Positions 36,101-47,196 of a DNA stretch of 64,000 nucleotides are shown piece after piece. Positions within the stretch are counted from its first letter, which is position 1, and every line of letters starts with the position of its first letter. The notes below the pieces were generated by a model. The model had not been told where the DNA came from. It did no database searches and saw only the letters and a program-made list of their open reading frames with translations. The position numbers and the translations under genes were made by a program. Source of the DNA: Strigamia acuminata (Eukaryota); NCBI GenBank assembly GCA_949358305.1, contig OX442314.1, positions 3,348,001 through 3,412,000 of the forward strand, read 5' to 3'.

Positions 36101-39100
36101 AGGGAGAAATTCCCACCAAAAGAAAGAACTTACACAAACGACACCAAGAACACAGCAACTACCTCACCGTCAGGCCAACTTCAACTACAAGTTAGGATTG
36201 ATCGAGGATCGCTGAGTAAAGTGCAAACTGTAACTCTCACGAAGTCACTTGCGAGCTATTCCTGCAAAAGCACGAGAATAGCCCTTGTGAAATCACCCAG
36301 AATAATCGCCCAGACGATTATTCGCCGAAGTAAGTGTCCGAGTGCTTTGTAGGGAACCCCAAAGTTCCTAGACGAGGCCTCTGCGACGCTAAACCAAACC
36401 CTAGACAACAGGCACGGATAGAAGACTCGAGAGAGCATTCCACCGCGTCCGTGAAGACGAATCCGTGACGAATTAACGACAACTCGAGACGCCGCCTTTG
36501 TTCCGCCGACCACGCGGAATCGACGACGCCATCTTGAGAAATCCTTTGTTCGACGCTGACCACGTCGACTCTAGAATTATTACTGAGTGTATTTTAAAGG
36601 CATAAAGCCTGGTGAATAAATTACCTGTTTATTTACATACATTTAGTATTCATTTGGGTATTTGCATAATTGATCACAGGTAAAGTATTACACGTTAGCG
36701 CTATTTAAACCTATACAAAGTAGGACGCGACACGTGGGGGCCCGTCCGGGATTTAGAAATAAATCTCAAACTGAACTTGTGATCTCTTTTAAAAATAACC
36801 AAATGAAAATGTCAGACAAAGACGAACAATCCGCGTCTGAAACCGAGCAACCTATGCTCAGAAAGAGAAACAGGACCTCCGACTACCACCAAAGGTCGGG
36901 CGGTCCAGTTCCAGAACAATCCGCTAAGGCGAAAGCCCGAGCGAACAAACAAAAAGTTAATACGCAGAAAAAGGAGCAAGCTGCATCGCTCGCGGCCCAC
37001 CATGGGCCAGAGCGAGAGCGGATTCCCTTGAATACGCAAACCTTTGAAGATACCGATACAGAAGTTCCAGAAAATTGCGAAGAAATTCACGAACAATCAA
37101 CCGAACGAGTATCGATATTAGTGGCCGAGGAGACACACAAAACTCCGAGGCAAACAAATACAATCGGCACCAATGGACCAAACTCCAGTACGGAACCAAG
37201 GCGGGACCCCGATAACTCCCCAAGTTACGGCGAGACCTGCCTCCGTTTCCCCCGAAGTGACCCATCGCCACCAATGGACCAGACTCCAGTACGGAACCTG
37301 GGCGGGACCCCGATAACTCCCCAAGTTACGGCGAGACCTGCCTCCGTTCCCCCTGAAGTGGCCCATTTAATACGGCTGACACAACAAGCGGCCCAACTCG
37401 AAGCAGTAATAGACATTCCAGTCGGAACGTCAGTTTGGGAATCGATTACCCTGCTCACTGATGCTATTTGTGTGGCACAAACCCCAACGCCAGTCGCAAC
37501 ACCAGCAGCGGAAACGCCCATGCAACAAGAAACGCCAAGTGAAATAGGCGGTTTTGTACCCGACCCCCAAAAGGCCCTTTACAAAGCCCGCGAAAAAGCT
37601 CGAGAAGAAGCGAGATTGGAAACAATAAATCGGCAACGAAAATTGAGCGCAGAAAGAAGACAACTTTGGAGGGAAGAAGAAGAAAAACAACAACGCGACA
37701 AAAGGACAGTCGAGCGAACGGAAAGAATAATACAAAGAATGAGAGCTGAACAGGCTAGAGAGAAAAAAGAGCAACAATTAGACGAACAAAAAAAATGGGA
37801 AGCCGAAAACTGGGAGAAAGAAGCAAAAAAATTCAGACAAGAAAACCGTGAACTAGCAGTGAATGTGAAAGCCAAAGAGGGAAAAGATTTCGTAACCAAT
37901 TCCAAGCCGCATGTCCACGAGCAAACGACAAAGGACAACAGAAAGGAAGCATCGAATAGAACTAAAACACTGCTAAGCTGCCTCGAGTCTGAATTTGAAA
38001 ATTATAAACACAAGCCAAAGAAAAAAGCTCAAGACAGAAAAGCAACGCCCCCTTCATGTCCAAGCCACACCAAAGTAACGAGCAAGGTCAGCCACTTGAC
38101 CAAGCTGTTAACGAAAGCGTCAGACGGCAAGACTGCACAGAAAGAGAATTTAACAAAAACAGTCTTTTCTTTTTCGGGAAGAATAAACTGCGACCAAAAC
38201 AAAAATAAAACGGCAAACGATGTACGGGTTTCTACACTGACTCCACTGCCAATCATGAATATTTGTGATGAACATGGACAAACAAATAAAGCAGGGCAAG
38301 CAATATTAGAACCAATGGAAAAAATTAAACAATTTGATGAAGGAAACAGTGCGAGAAATACAAGCACCAGCCAAGCACGTCGACGTACGAACATCTCGAA
38401 CACTGACACTTATTCAACCAGTTTGGATGATATCGTGGATCAGCAAATACAAATTGACGCGAGTCGCACAACAGATGAACGAGAATGTATCGGTATAAAC
38501 CGAAAGGGAAGGGAAGAAGCGCTGAAGCAAAGAAAGAAGCATTGTCACAAGCAATGGAACAATAAAAAGCCGCCAAACAATTCGAAAAATCAGCCAAATT
38601 GGCCACAAGGCGGACGACTACATCATTGTCACCACTCTGAAAATAATGACAATAAAGTTCGCCACAAGAAGGAAAATAAACAACAAGAACGGTCTCAGTC
38701 ACCATTAATCACCTTAATTCCGTTGCATCCCACGCATAACAAGTTTTATGAAAACAAACATGACATTCAAAAGAAATGCAAAGGAATTCGATGTCAATTA
38801 TTTCACAATAACCAAGATTTGTTGCCGGAAAATATGAATGACAAACCAGAGCTTTTGCAAGATGACCAATCAAGTCCTCATCAGGAAACTGTCCAACAAA
38901 AACAGCCCGACGTAACTCCAGCCCAACCGGAGCAAGCGATTTCGGAGAGGGAGGAAGCAGAAGAAAGCACTTCTGAAAATGATAAAACACATCATCCTCA
39001 CTGTGCCAAACAGAAATGCGACGAACATCATCCCGAGCGAGAAGACAGACAATGGAATCGATTGTTACCTCCAATGAACAAATATAAAGGCACCCCCTGT

Positions 39101-42100
39101 CTAAATGAAAGCAAAAAAATAAAAGACTGCATTCAGGAGCCTAACCAATCAAGCACGTTGCATAATCCCAAAGTTGACTGTCAAATTAGGGCCTCTTCAC
39201 GCAGCCCGATAAAAACCAGAGCAACGGTGAAACAAAAACAGCTAGAAAAAAGGGCTCAACCACCTCCAGTTGGGACGTTACAAACTCCTCAAGTTACTAA
39301 ACCCATCAGAAAGAAAAACCAAAAAGAGAAACGAAAAAAGACAAGAGAAAAAAGGAACCGACCGGCGCAGAGTCAAGCGGCCAATTGTGAACCATTTGCA
39401 ATGAAGCGCCGACCGCCCGATCTCACTACGAAGTGCCACAATAAAGAGTTTGTTGCTAACCGCTCCTTCTCAGAGCTCAAGAGAGCGAATCAGTTGGACG
39501 AAGACATCTTGGGAGGGGAAGAGATAAAGAAAGCAACAATAATTTTGGAAGAAAATCAAGAAAAGCCAAAAATGGAGAAAGGAGCATTAAAAACAGATTG
39601 TGAGCAAGACAAACTGTGTCCAAACTTCAAAGACAATTGGAGTGAGCCAGACAACACTAGAATGATAGCAGTGCAGTCAACTCTGAAGAAACAAATCCTC
39701 TGTTTGTTACACGAGCCCCCGCTGACCAGCCACCCAGACAGGATGAGAAAAAACACTTCTTATCTCATTGGACAATATCCCCAATATGTTGCCACTGGGC
39801 GGATTAAGATCTGTGCCCTCGCTAAACGCTTTGCTGTGGAGATCACAGAGAATTTATTCGATGCAGCACTGAAATTCAAATTCAAGAAAAAAGTATTATC
39901 AGACAATGACACGCAATTTGTCTTTCAAATATTCAAAGATTTTGATGGCAAATTAAAGAATATCCCGAGCAAGACATATGGATATGGGTGCAAGTGGAAT
40001 CAAAACCTGATTGCACAAAATTTCGACATACTTGAGAGAATTCACAATTTGGAAACGGATATTCCATTCACGGACTGTGAAGCTAATGACCATGTTTGGA
40101 AAGAAATTCACAAACTGCTCAGTGCAGCCAAGGATACGGCTGCCAGTCAGGCAGTTCAAAGAGGCAGTTCCGGCACGAGCAGAGCTGGACAGGGCGGCAA
40201 TACTTACAAACTGCTGCAAATAATAGACAGCTACAAATCAGAGCCTGTGGATGTGGATCGGCTGACACAATATCTGCCAGAAGTTTCCCCAAAGACATGG
40301 TTAGAAATTCAGTCAAAATCAGAACACATTCACCGCTGCATCAAGACTTTAATAACGCTGCCGACAGAGATTGCAAATGAAGAACCAACCACAGTGGGGC
40401 CCGGCCGCGCCAAGCACCAGAAACAAAGCAATGCCGGTACAGCCCCCTCAATCGAAAATTCAATGACGGAAGCCCCAATAGATGATCAACGACATCTGGT
40501 GGAGTTATCAAACGAGAAGTGGGGCAGTCGATTAACCCCAATTGACCCAGTCATCGTTCAGGCGAGAAATATTCGCCCACAAGTCTGTGAGAAGATAAAC
40601 CCTATCAACATTAACCAGCAACGTGACAATAATACAAACAGCCGGCAGAATCCCAATTGTAACAAACTCAAGACTTTTCTTCGTGAAATGGAAAACGCCA
40701 AAGTCGCCGTCGCCACTTTGTCCAATACAGACTTGGCCCAAGATTGCCATGTAAAACAAGCTATGGCTGTTTGGACCACCGTTAATCGAGAGGATATAAG
40801 CATACCTCCATCAATGAGCGACATGTGGAGCCCAGTTGTCCCCTCGACAAGCAACATCCACTATGGTTTGACACACGACAGAGATGGACTGTCTTGGCCA
40901 ATTACATCAGCTAGCCAACAGCCAACCAGCCCCTGGTGTGTCATTTTACCACTTGCAGTTGAGCCCTCGACAACTTCACCATCAACTAACAATCGGGAGC
41001 GACAAGACTCATCGCAGAACTCACAGGATCAACAACCCAGAGTACCGAGAACAACAAAGTCAATTCCAACTCATACGGCTAGCCCATTTGTACTGACCAT
41101 TGCCATAGAGACATCGGCCACCCACAACGACAGTGGAACTCTCGTTGTATTCCTCACTCATTGGAGGCGTACACAGACCGAAACAACATGCAAACCAAAA
41201 AATAAACATGTTTGGTTCTCCATGAGTGAGCAAGTGAACCCACGTTCTATTTCCAACGGAAACCAATTATTCCCGACACCACACATCCCGGCTTCAGCCT
41301 TAAGTTTTGATTATACGTTACCACGGGCTAAGAGCTGGAGGAGAGTTAGGGATCGCTTGTGAACACCCCGTGTTCAAAGCTGGGGGAAGGACGTGTGGTG
41401 AGCAAAAGGGATAAATATTCCCCCCAAGCGGATATTTGCCCTTTGACTCACTGCAACAGACGGGTCATTCCTCTCGTGTTGGCTCCGCCTCTCTCTGAGC
41501 AGGTGTGTGCCCCGAGGGGAGTGAGGTGTCGGGTGGCAAGCCCCCATTGGCTGCGCCGGCCCCTCACACTGACCCATAAAAGGGAGAAATTCCCACCAAA
41601 AGAAAGAACTTACACAAACGACACCAAGAACACAGCAACTACCTCACCGTCAGGCCAACTTCAACTACAAGTTAGGATTGATCGAGGATCGCTGAGTAAA
41701 GTGCAAACTGTAACTCTCACGAAGTCACTTGCGAGCTATTCCTGCGAAAGCACGAGAATAGCCCTTGTGAAATCACCCAGAATAATCGCCCAGACGATTA
41801 TTCGCCGAAGTAAGTGTCCGAGTGCTTTGTAGGGAACCCCAAAGTTCCTAGACGAGGCCTCTGCGACGCTAAACCAAACCCTAGACAACAGGCACGGATA
41901 GAAGACTCGAGAGAGCATTCCACCGCGTCCGTGAAGACGAATCCGTGACGAATTAACGACAACTCGAGACGCCGCCTTTGTTCCGCCGACCACGCGGAAT
42001 CGACGACGCCATCTTGAGAAATCCTTTGTTCGACGCTGACCACGTCGACTCTAGAATTATTACTGAGTGTATTTTAAAGGCATAAAGCCTGGTGAATAAA

Positions 42101-43855
42101 TTACCTGTTTATTTACATACATTTAGTATTCATTTGGGTATTTGCATAATTGATCACAGGTAAAGTATTACACGTTAGCGCTATTTAAACCTATACAAAG
42201 TAGGACGCGACAATCTCTCGCAGTGTGTTGTAGTTTAAGTGTCCCAATCTCACGTGCCAATTGTTGTCTTTTTCCTCCGCTTTATAAGACTTCTCATTTT
42301 CTTTTATGTTTGCCTTCAACACAAACATGTCTCCTTTTCTTGGCACTGTCATAACTTCTTCTCCATTCTCATCGTCAATTATTGCGCTCGTTTTGGAGAA
42401 TGTGACTTTTAGTCCATTATCGACAATTTTCGATACTGACAACAAATTGCTTCCAATTTGCGGTACGCATAGTACTTTCTTCAATCTGGAATTTTTCCCG
42501 TCGTGTTCGAGCACAATCTCGCCCATTCCAATCGATTTCATGCTTTTTCCTTTTTTCGCCATTCCGATATTCTTTTCATCCTCATCGAATGTGTCGAAAT
42601 GTTTTGCATCCAGCGCCGTCATGTGGCTTGTCGCTCCGGAGTCTAACACCCAATCGCTTTCATCATTTGGTTCTTCATTCGTCTCTTCATCATTGGTGTT
42701 TTCATCCATTTCGTACGTCATGAGTGTGAATTCAGGCTTTTCCTCGTACGCCATCATTGCTATTTCGCTTTTTCCTCTGCCGCGACCTCGCTGATTGCCT
42801 CTGCCTCGACCACGTCCTCTTGAGTCGCCACTTTTAAATTCTCGTTTCGGTTTCGAACAATCTTTCGATAAGTGACCAAACTCCTGGCAGTTGTAACATT
42901 TTGCCTCACTGTAGCATTCTCGTGCCATGTGCCCTCCGCGGCCACAGTTGAAGCATGTGCGCTTTGGTTTCTGCCCCCTCTCACGTGTCTTGAGTGCGGT
43001 TTCATTTGTTGTCGCATTTTTGTCTTCTTTTCGGGCTGAAATTCGTCCTTCCTCCATTTTTAGTATGTCACGAATTTTTGACATGTCTAAATTCGCCTGT
43101 ACTTCAATTGCGCGCACATTCGCGTCAAATTCTCGTCGTAAGCCTTTTGTCACATAAAACTTGCTCTCATAGTCGTCAATTGGTTTGCCAAGTTTCGCAC
43201 AGCAGTTAATTATCGCTTCGGCTCTGTTTATGTAGGTGTCTACATCTTCCTTGCTGTTCATCTTCAGCTGTGTCAACTCGCAGGCACTTCTCATTTGTAA
43301 CTCTTGGGTTTTTGCCGCCATGTTGGTTTTTACCAGGTCCCAAAGTGCCTTTGCACCTTTTGTGTTTGAGTACTTCAAGACTTGTGGTGCAGTCATTGTA
43401 CTGATCATCGTGAAGTGGGCCGCCGCGTTTTTATCGTCCCAATCGTTCCAAGTTTTCTCTTTTGCGTCAAAATCCGCTTCTCCTTGGACTCCTCGCTGCG
43501 GTTCGGCTCCAACTATTACTTCTTTCCACAATTTCTTGGCCCTGAGGACTCCCTCCACTCTCGATTCCCATAGGAAATAATTCGCATCATTTAATGGCTC
43601 AATGTTAGCCAAACTCCAATTACCCGTGTCGCTCATCTTTGTTGGTTTCGTCTCAATTTGCACGTATTGTTTAGCTTTTTCTTCCGTCTCTCGGTTCTGT
43701 GGCACAATCTCAATATTGTTTAATTCACCTCGAATCGAATTGTTGCTCACAGTCTTTGTTAAAGCTGTTTCTCGTCGTCTCGTATCGTGCACTTCAAGAT
43801 GGCGCGTCGTTACTCTCGGTTTTCGCCTCGTGGTTGCTCTCAACCGTCGCCTCAA
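33191..43855 (-). CDS. Copia-2 gag-pol, split at 35914-42212 (5' part gag/2xCCHC/protease; 3' part integrase-RT-RNase H)
   Basis: [50 protein letters not shown]; removing the insert and one TSD restores LREMKNEE in frame. Confidence 0.93.
35914..42212 (+). mobile_element. Non-autonomous Gypsy-derived LTR element with one long ORF
   Basis: 819-bp LTRs 35914-36732 and 41394-42212 (one difference noticed, 36266/41746); 4-bp TSD ATCT; PBS TGGGGGCCCGTCCGGGAT (tRNA-Pro type); PPT GGGGGAAGGA. Confidence 0.95.
36803..41362 (+). CDS. ~1519-aa low-complexity/coiled-coil protein with degenerate integrase remnants; no recognisable PR, RT or RNase H
   Basis: Stop-free from the PBS to just before the PPT; blocks at ~39660-40320 align by eye to the integrase of 58114-62145. 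Confidence 0.7.
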   Translation: MKMSDKDEQSASETEQPMLRKRNRTSDYHQRSGGPVPEQSAKAKARANKQKVNTQKKEQAASLAAHHGPERERIPLNTQTFEDTDTEVPENCEEIHEQSTERVSILVAEETHKTPRQTNTIGTNGPNSSTEPRRDPDNSPSYGETCLRFPRSDPSPPMDQTPVRNLGGTPITPQVTARPASVPPEVAHLIRLTQQAAQLEAVIDIPVGTSVWESITLLTDAICVAQTPTPVATPAAETPMQQETPSEIGGFVPDPQKALYKAREKAREEARLETINRQRKLSAERRQLWREEEEKQQRDKRTVERTERIIQRMRAEQAREKKEQQLDEQKKWEAENWEKEAKKFRQENRELAVNVKAKEGKDFVTNSKPHVHEQTTKDNRKEASNRTKTLLSCLESEFENYKHKPKKKAQDRKATPPSCPSHTKVTSKVSHLTKLLTKASDGKTAQKENLTKTVFSFSGRINCDQNKNKTANDVRVSTLTPLPIMNICDEHGQTNKAGQAILEPMEKIKQFDEGNSARNTSTSQARRRTNISNTDTYSTSLDDIVDQQIQIDASRTTDERECIGINRKGREEALKQRKKHCHKQWNNKKPPNNSKNQPNWPQGGRLHHCHHSENNDNKVRHKKENKQQERSQSPLITLIPLHPTHNKFYENKHDIQKKCKGIRCQLFHNNQDLLPENMNDKPELLQDDQSSPHQETVQQKQPDVTPAQPEQAISEREEAEESTSENDKTHHPHCAKQKCDEHHPEREDRQWNRLLPPMNKYKGTPCLNESKKIKDCIQEPNQSSTLHNPKVDCQIRASSRSPIKTRATVKQKQLEKRAQPPPVGTLQTPQVTKPIRKKNQKEKRKKTREKRNRPAQSQAANCEPFAMKRRPPDLTTKCHNKEFVANRSFSELKRANQLDEDILGGEEIKKATIILEENQEKPKMEKGALKTDCEQDKLCPNFKDNWSEPDNTRMIAVQSTLKKQILCLLHEPPLTSHPDRMRKNTSYLIGQYPQYVATGRIKICALAKRFAVEITENLFDAALKFKFKKKVLSDNDTQFVFQIFKDFDGKLKNIPSKTYGYGCKWNQNLIAQNFDILERIHNLETDIPFTDCEANDHVWKEIHKLLSAAKDTAASQAVQRGSSGTSRAGQGGNTYKLLQIIDSYKSEPVDVDRLTQYLPEVSPKTWLEIQSKSEHIHRCIKTLITLPTEIANEEPTTVGPGRAKHQKQSNAGTAPSIENSMTEAPIDDQRHLVELSNEKWGSRLTPIDPVIVQARNIRPQVCEKINPININQQRDNNTNSRQNPNCNKLKTFLREMENAKVAVATLSNTDLAQDCHVKQAMAVWTTVNREDISIPPSMSDMWSPVVPSTSNIHYGLTHDRDGLSWPITSASQQPTSPWCVILPLAVEPSTTSPSTNNRERQDSSQNSQDQQPRVPRTTKSIPTHTASPFVLTIAIETSATHNDSGTLVVFLTHWRRTQTETTCKPKNKHVWFSMSEQVNPRSISNGNQLFPTPHIPASALSFDYTLPRAKSWRRVRDRL

Positions 43856-45450
43856 ATCTGCTCAAATTTCGGTCTCAATACCGTTTTTCTTCAATTCAGT
43901 GTGGCTGATGATTGTTCAACCTTCCTCTCTGCTACCATTTGTTATGAATATGGAAATAACGGTTGAAGTTTAATACAAGGTTAGAGCAACCTCACTGTTC
44001 TACATCAAGTGAAAGAGTGGGGAAAAAACACAGGAAGGATGTTCACTCCATATATGGTAGGAGTGTCACCACAGGATATAAAAAACTCAAACTACACTAA
44101 TTGCACAATGACATCAAGTGGTGATTTTCCACATCAAATATCCCAACACTGCGGACAATAATAATTAATCAGTCTTAGATTAACTAATTCTAAACCAAAG
44201 AGTAATAGATTGGTTAATCGTTGTGTCCGCGCCAACAGAAAATTTAAATCCAGGTTCGTCAATGCATAGACCGATAGACCGGACAAATTTGGGAAAATGG
44301 TGGTCAGAATGATGATATCATCCGTATCGTGTACAGAGCCGTATTCGATGGAATAAGTCCGAAATAATATTTTTTCCGATGTAAATTGTTGTTTTAACAG
44401 ATTAAATAAATCTGGCCAGCGTCGGTGTCGAAACGTTTTTAAAAGAGGCAGTTGGTTTAGAATGTCAAAACAGCCTTCGGATGTGACAAAATCTGAGAAA
44501 ACAACCATAACCACTCCAGTTTCTTGCAATCACTTAATAAGCGGAGCCCATCATCAGTCACATTTACGCTGTACGTTAAGTCCAGATGTCGTAATTGTAA
44601 ACAATATTTACCAATTACAGCTAGAACTTCATCCGTGCAGTCTCTAGACGCGAACCATTGAAGTTGCGGCAATTGCCGAAACAGTTTGTCCATATATTCA
44701 GGTGGAATTTCTACATTGGAGATGGAGTGTGTTAGGTTTAAATGTAAAAGGTTCCTACATTTTTCTCCAATTTTATCTAACAGATAAGGATATATGGGTT
44801 GTTTTAACGTGTAAAAAAAATGTAATGATTTGGTGGCAGGTTGGATGAAAACGTCGGAATCCACGGGTGTTATGTGGTAAAAATTCTCAAAATTCTCAAA
44901 ATTATCACGAAGACATTGATATACGTTGGAAATAAATATCAAAGGTTGATTCAGCAGTTGTGTCCGAAAACTGTCGAAATTAGTGCACACCATTTGCAAA
45001 CACAATTGCTTCAGACTAGACGCTGATTTCCGGACTGGCGTGTTGCGAACTATACTTGGATGAATAAAATCTAAAATGAGATGGCAAGTTTATATTGTAT
45101 ACTACAGGATTACGTATATAGAACGTAACCGGAATTGTGCGTCGAACGTACAGTAGATGCTAACGACAACAAAATTGGAGAAAATGATGACAAAATAAAG
45201 CCACGGATGTCCTTATTAGGCATCTTTTTGGGGTTAAATTACACCATTAAGGTGTAAATACAATATAACATCTTTATTTCATGATACAAGTTTACTCCTA
45301 CTGTTAAAACACTCTTATTTCTAATAAATATAAATAAACATATTCCGACTTTCAAATTCTCTAGTTGAATTTACCGCTAAATGTTAAAAGCGCCATCTAT
45401 TGACAAAATTAACCATTTATTTACTGGAAAATATTACGATTATCACTCTC

Positions 45451-45592
45451 TTTTTGCTTTTTACCTTGGTAAACCACGACGGAAACATCGCATTATTTAA
45501 TATAAAAATATATTCTTTAAATTTGTGTTACATGTAGTGTCGTCCTGCGGATAGAATTAGTAACTGCTCCTCCCACTAGCAGCCGAATCGTT
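45451..45592 (-). repeat. Duplicate of MPPE1-like exon 1 and upstream region (other copy ~31910-32125)
   Basis: TTTGCTTTTTACCTTGGTAAACCACGACGGAAACATCGCATTATTTAATATAAAAATATATTCTTT shared exactly, then TTACATGTAG(C/T)GTCGTCCTGCGGATAGAA after a deletion. Confidence 0.92.
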
Positions 45593-45700
45593 CCCACCCA
45601 CTGCAAATTACTCTCGGTAGGGGATCGAGGTAAAAGCACCGAGTCACGACTCACGAACAAGAAATTCATTTTTTCGTTTTGACAGATTTTATTTCGGATT

Positions 45701-46022
45701 ATGTTCCGTACTTTCCGTCGATACAAGAAGGAAATCTACGGTCTAGCAACAGCCGCGATTGCCGTTGAATTAATCTTTCTCGGCGGTTCCTACTACGTTT
45801 GGTACAATCTCAACCGGTCGCGAGGTAAATTTTTAGATAACCCTCGCCGCCATTAATTTAATCGTTTATCACCACTTTTCAGATTTCCGTCGCTCTATGC
45901 TCGATCGCTTCCCAACTATATTGAATAGTTTCTATTTAATCGGCGAAAAAGTCGGCAATTTACATCAAATTCGACGCGACGATTACGAGGCGTGGGGAAT
46001 CGAACTAAAACAGGACAAATAA
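45701..46022 (+). CDS. CEBPZOS: CEBPZOS-like small membrane protein, 87 aa, 2 exons (45701-45824, 45883-46022)
   Basis: Manual splice: ...AVELIFLGGSYYVWYNLNRSRDFRRSMLDRFPTILNSFYLIGEKVG...IRRDDYEAWG; the pattern matches the CEBPZOS family as I recall it. Confidence 0.75.
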
Positions 46023-46290
46023 ATAAAATAAAAAAAACCCAAGTAAAAGCGCTTTAACAAAAAAACAAAAAAACATCGTTATTATTCGTGCCGAATTTTT
46101 CGATTTAATAGGACTAAATTAAATATGCGTTTTACTAGAAACATTAAACGATTGATCGTAGGTGGCGTAGTCGGATTGGTGGCTTATCACATCACGTTGA
46201 ATTTCATCGTTAAAGTATGTCAAAATAATTTGAATTTATAAAAAAATAAAATATTATATTTTTTCTAGCCTCGCAACCGGTCGACAAGAG

Positions 46291-47196
46291 ATGAATAAAG
46301 AGATAGGGTCACGGAGCAACGCGATCGCGTCATTCACGGACGAATTCCAAACACAAAAAGGCGAAATCGGAAACAAATTGCAACTCAGTTCGACGTTAGA
46401 CGCCAAAACTCAACTCCCCGACCACTTGACCGACATAGAAAAGCGCATCGAAAAATTACAGAAATATTTGACCGATTCGGTGAACTTTTTACGTCCTTAC
46501 GACGTCCGTGTCTGCCAAGAAAACCTGAAAATATTGCGAGATTTATGTGACAACCAACGCGAGACGATGATCCCGAAGAAAAAATTCGCATTTAAGAGCA
46601 GGAAAAAAGAAACGGACACCAAAGAAAAAATATCCGCGACCGATTGCGTCGACGGACCGGTCGGCGGCAGATTCAGCTACGACCGGGTGAATTGCGGCTT
46701 CGAGGATCTCAGCGGAGAGCGGTTGGTGAAACACGAGCAGGAAATCGCGGACAACGAAGTGGACGTGCGAGGACTGGACGAATGTCAAGTTTTTCTCATT
46801 GGTTGTCCGAGTACGGTCCGGTTGAACCGTTTGCGGCGCTGCCAGGTGTTCGTCGGACCGGTCAAGACGTCGGTTTTTGTTGACAATTGCAGCGAATGCG
46901 TTTTGATGTTGGCGTGTCAGCAGTTGCGGGTTCATAGCTCGGTGGATTCGGATTTTTATTTGCACGTTACGAGCGGTCCGATCATCGAGGATAGCACGAG
47001 GATTCGTGTGGCGCCGTACGGGTTTAGTTACGCGGGCATCGACGGGCATTTTGCCGAGTCGGGGCTGACTAAGGCGAATAATAATTGGAATTTAGTGAAT
47101 GATTTTAATTGGCTCGCTGCGGATATGAATTCGCCCAATTGGCAAATTATTCCCAGCCAGGAACGAAAAGATGCGCGAAACATCGATGTCGATTGA
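46291..47196 (+). CDS. TBCC: Tubulin-specific chaperone C
   Basis: FLRPYDVR, PKKKFAFK, GPVKTSVF, LACQQLRVH, PIIEDS, VAPY, NNWNLVNDFNWL...SPNW. Confidence 0.95.
   Translation: MNKEIGSRSNAIASFTDEFQTQKGEIGNKLQLSSTLDAKTQLPDHLTDIEKRIEKLQKYLTDSVNFLRPYDVRVCQENLKILRDLCDNQRETMIPKKKFAFKSRKKETDTKEKISATDCVDGPVGGRFSYDRVNCGFEDLSGERLVKHEQEIADNEVDVRGLDECQVFLIGCPSTVRLNRLRRCQVFVGPVKTSVFVDNCSECVLMLACQQLRVHSSVDSDFYLHVTSGPIIEDSTRIRVAPYGFSYAGIDGHFAESGLTKANNNWNLVNDFNWLAADMNSPNWQIIPSQERKDARNIDVD

Larger units (their letters stand above)
32880..44148 (-). mobile_element. Full-length Ty1/copia element (Copia-2) with nested LTR element
   Basis: 209-bp LTRs 32880-33088 and 43940-44148, identical by eye; 5-bp TSD CTGCG; PBS TGGTAGCAGAG (tRNA-iMet); PPT GGGGGAATT. 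Confidence 0.97.
32473..45040 (-). pseudogene. RNI-like/F-box-type leucine-rich-repeat gene, frameshifted and split by Copia-2
   Basis: IGEKCRNLLHLNL, IGKYCLQLRHLDLTYSVNVTDDGL; frame change near 44500; ...NYYCPQ|LQCLLLHECSILN continues across the insertion at 44149/32879; no clear ATG at the expected N-terminus. Confidence 0.75.

Noticed and set aside
35765..36563. Short ORFs repeated at 41359-42043 and 53621-54119
   Set aside because: They recur only because they lie within LTR copies; one is frameshifted in the 53402-54221 LTR.
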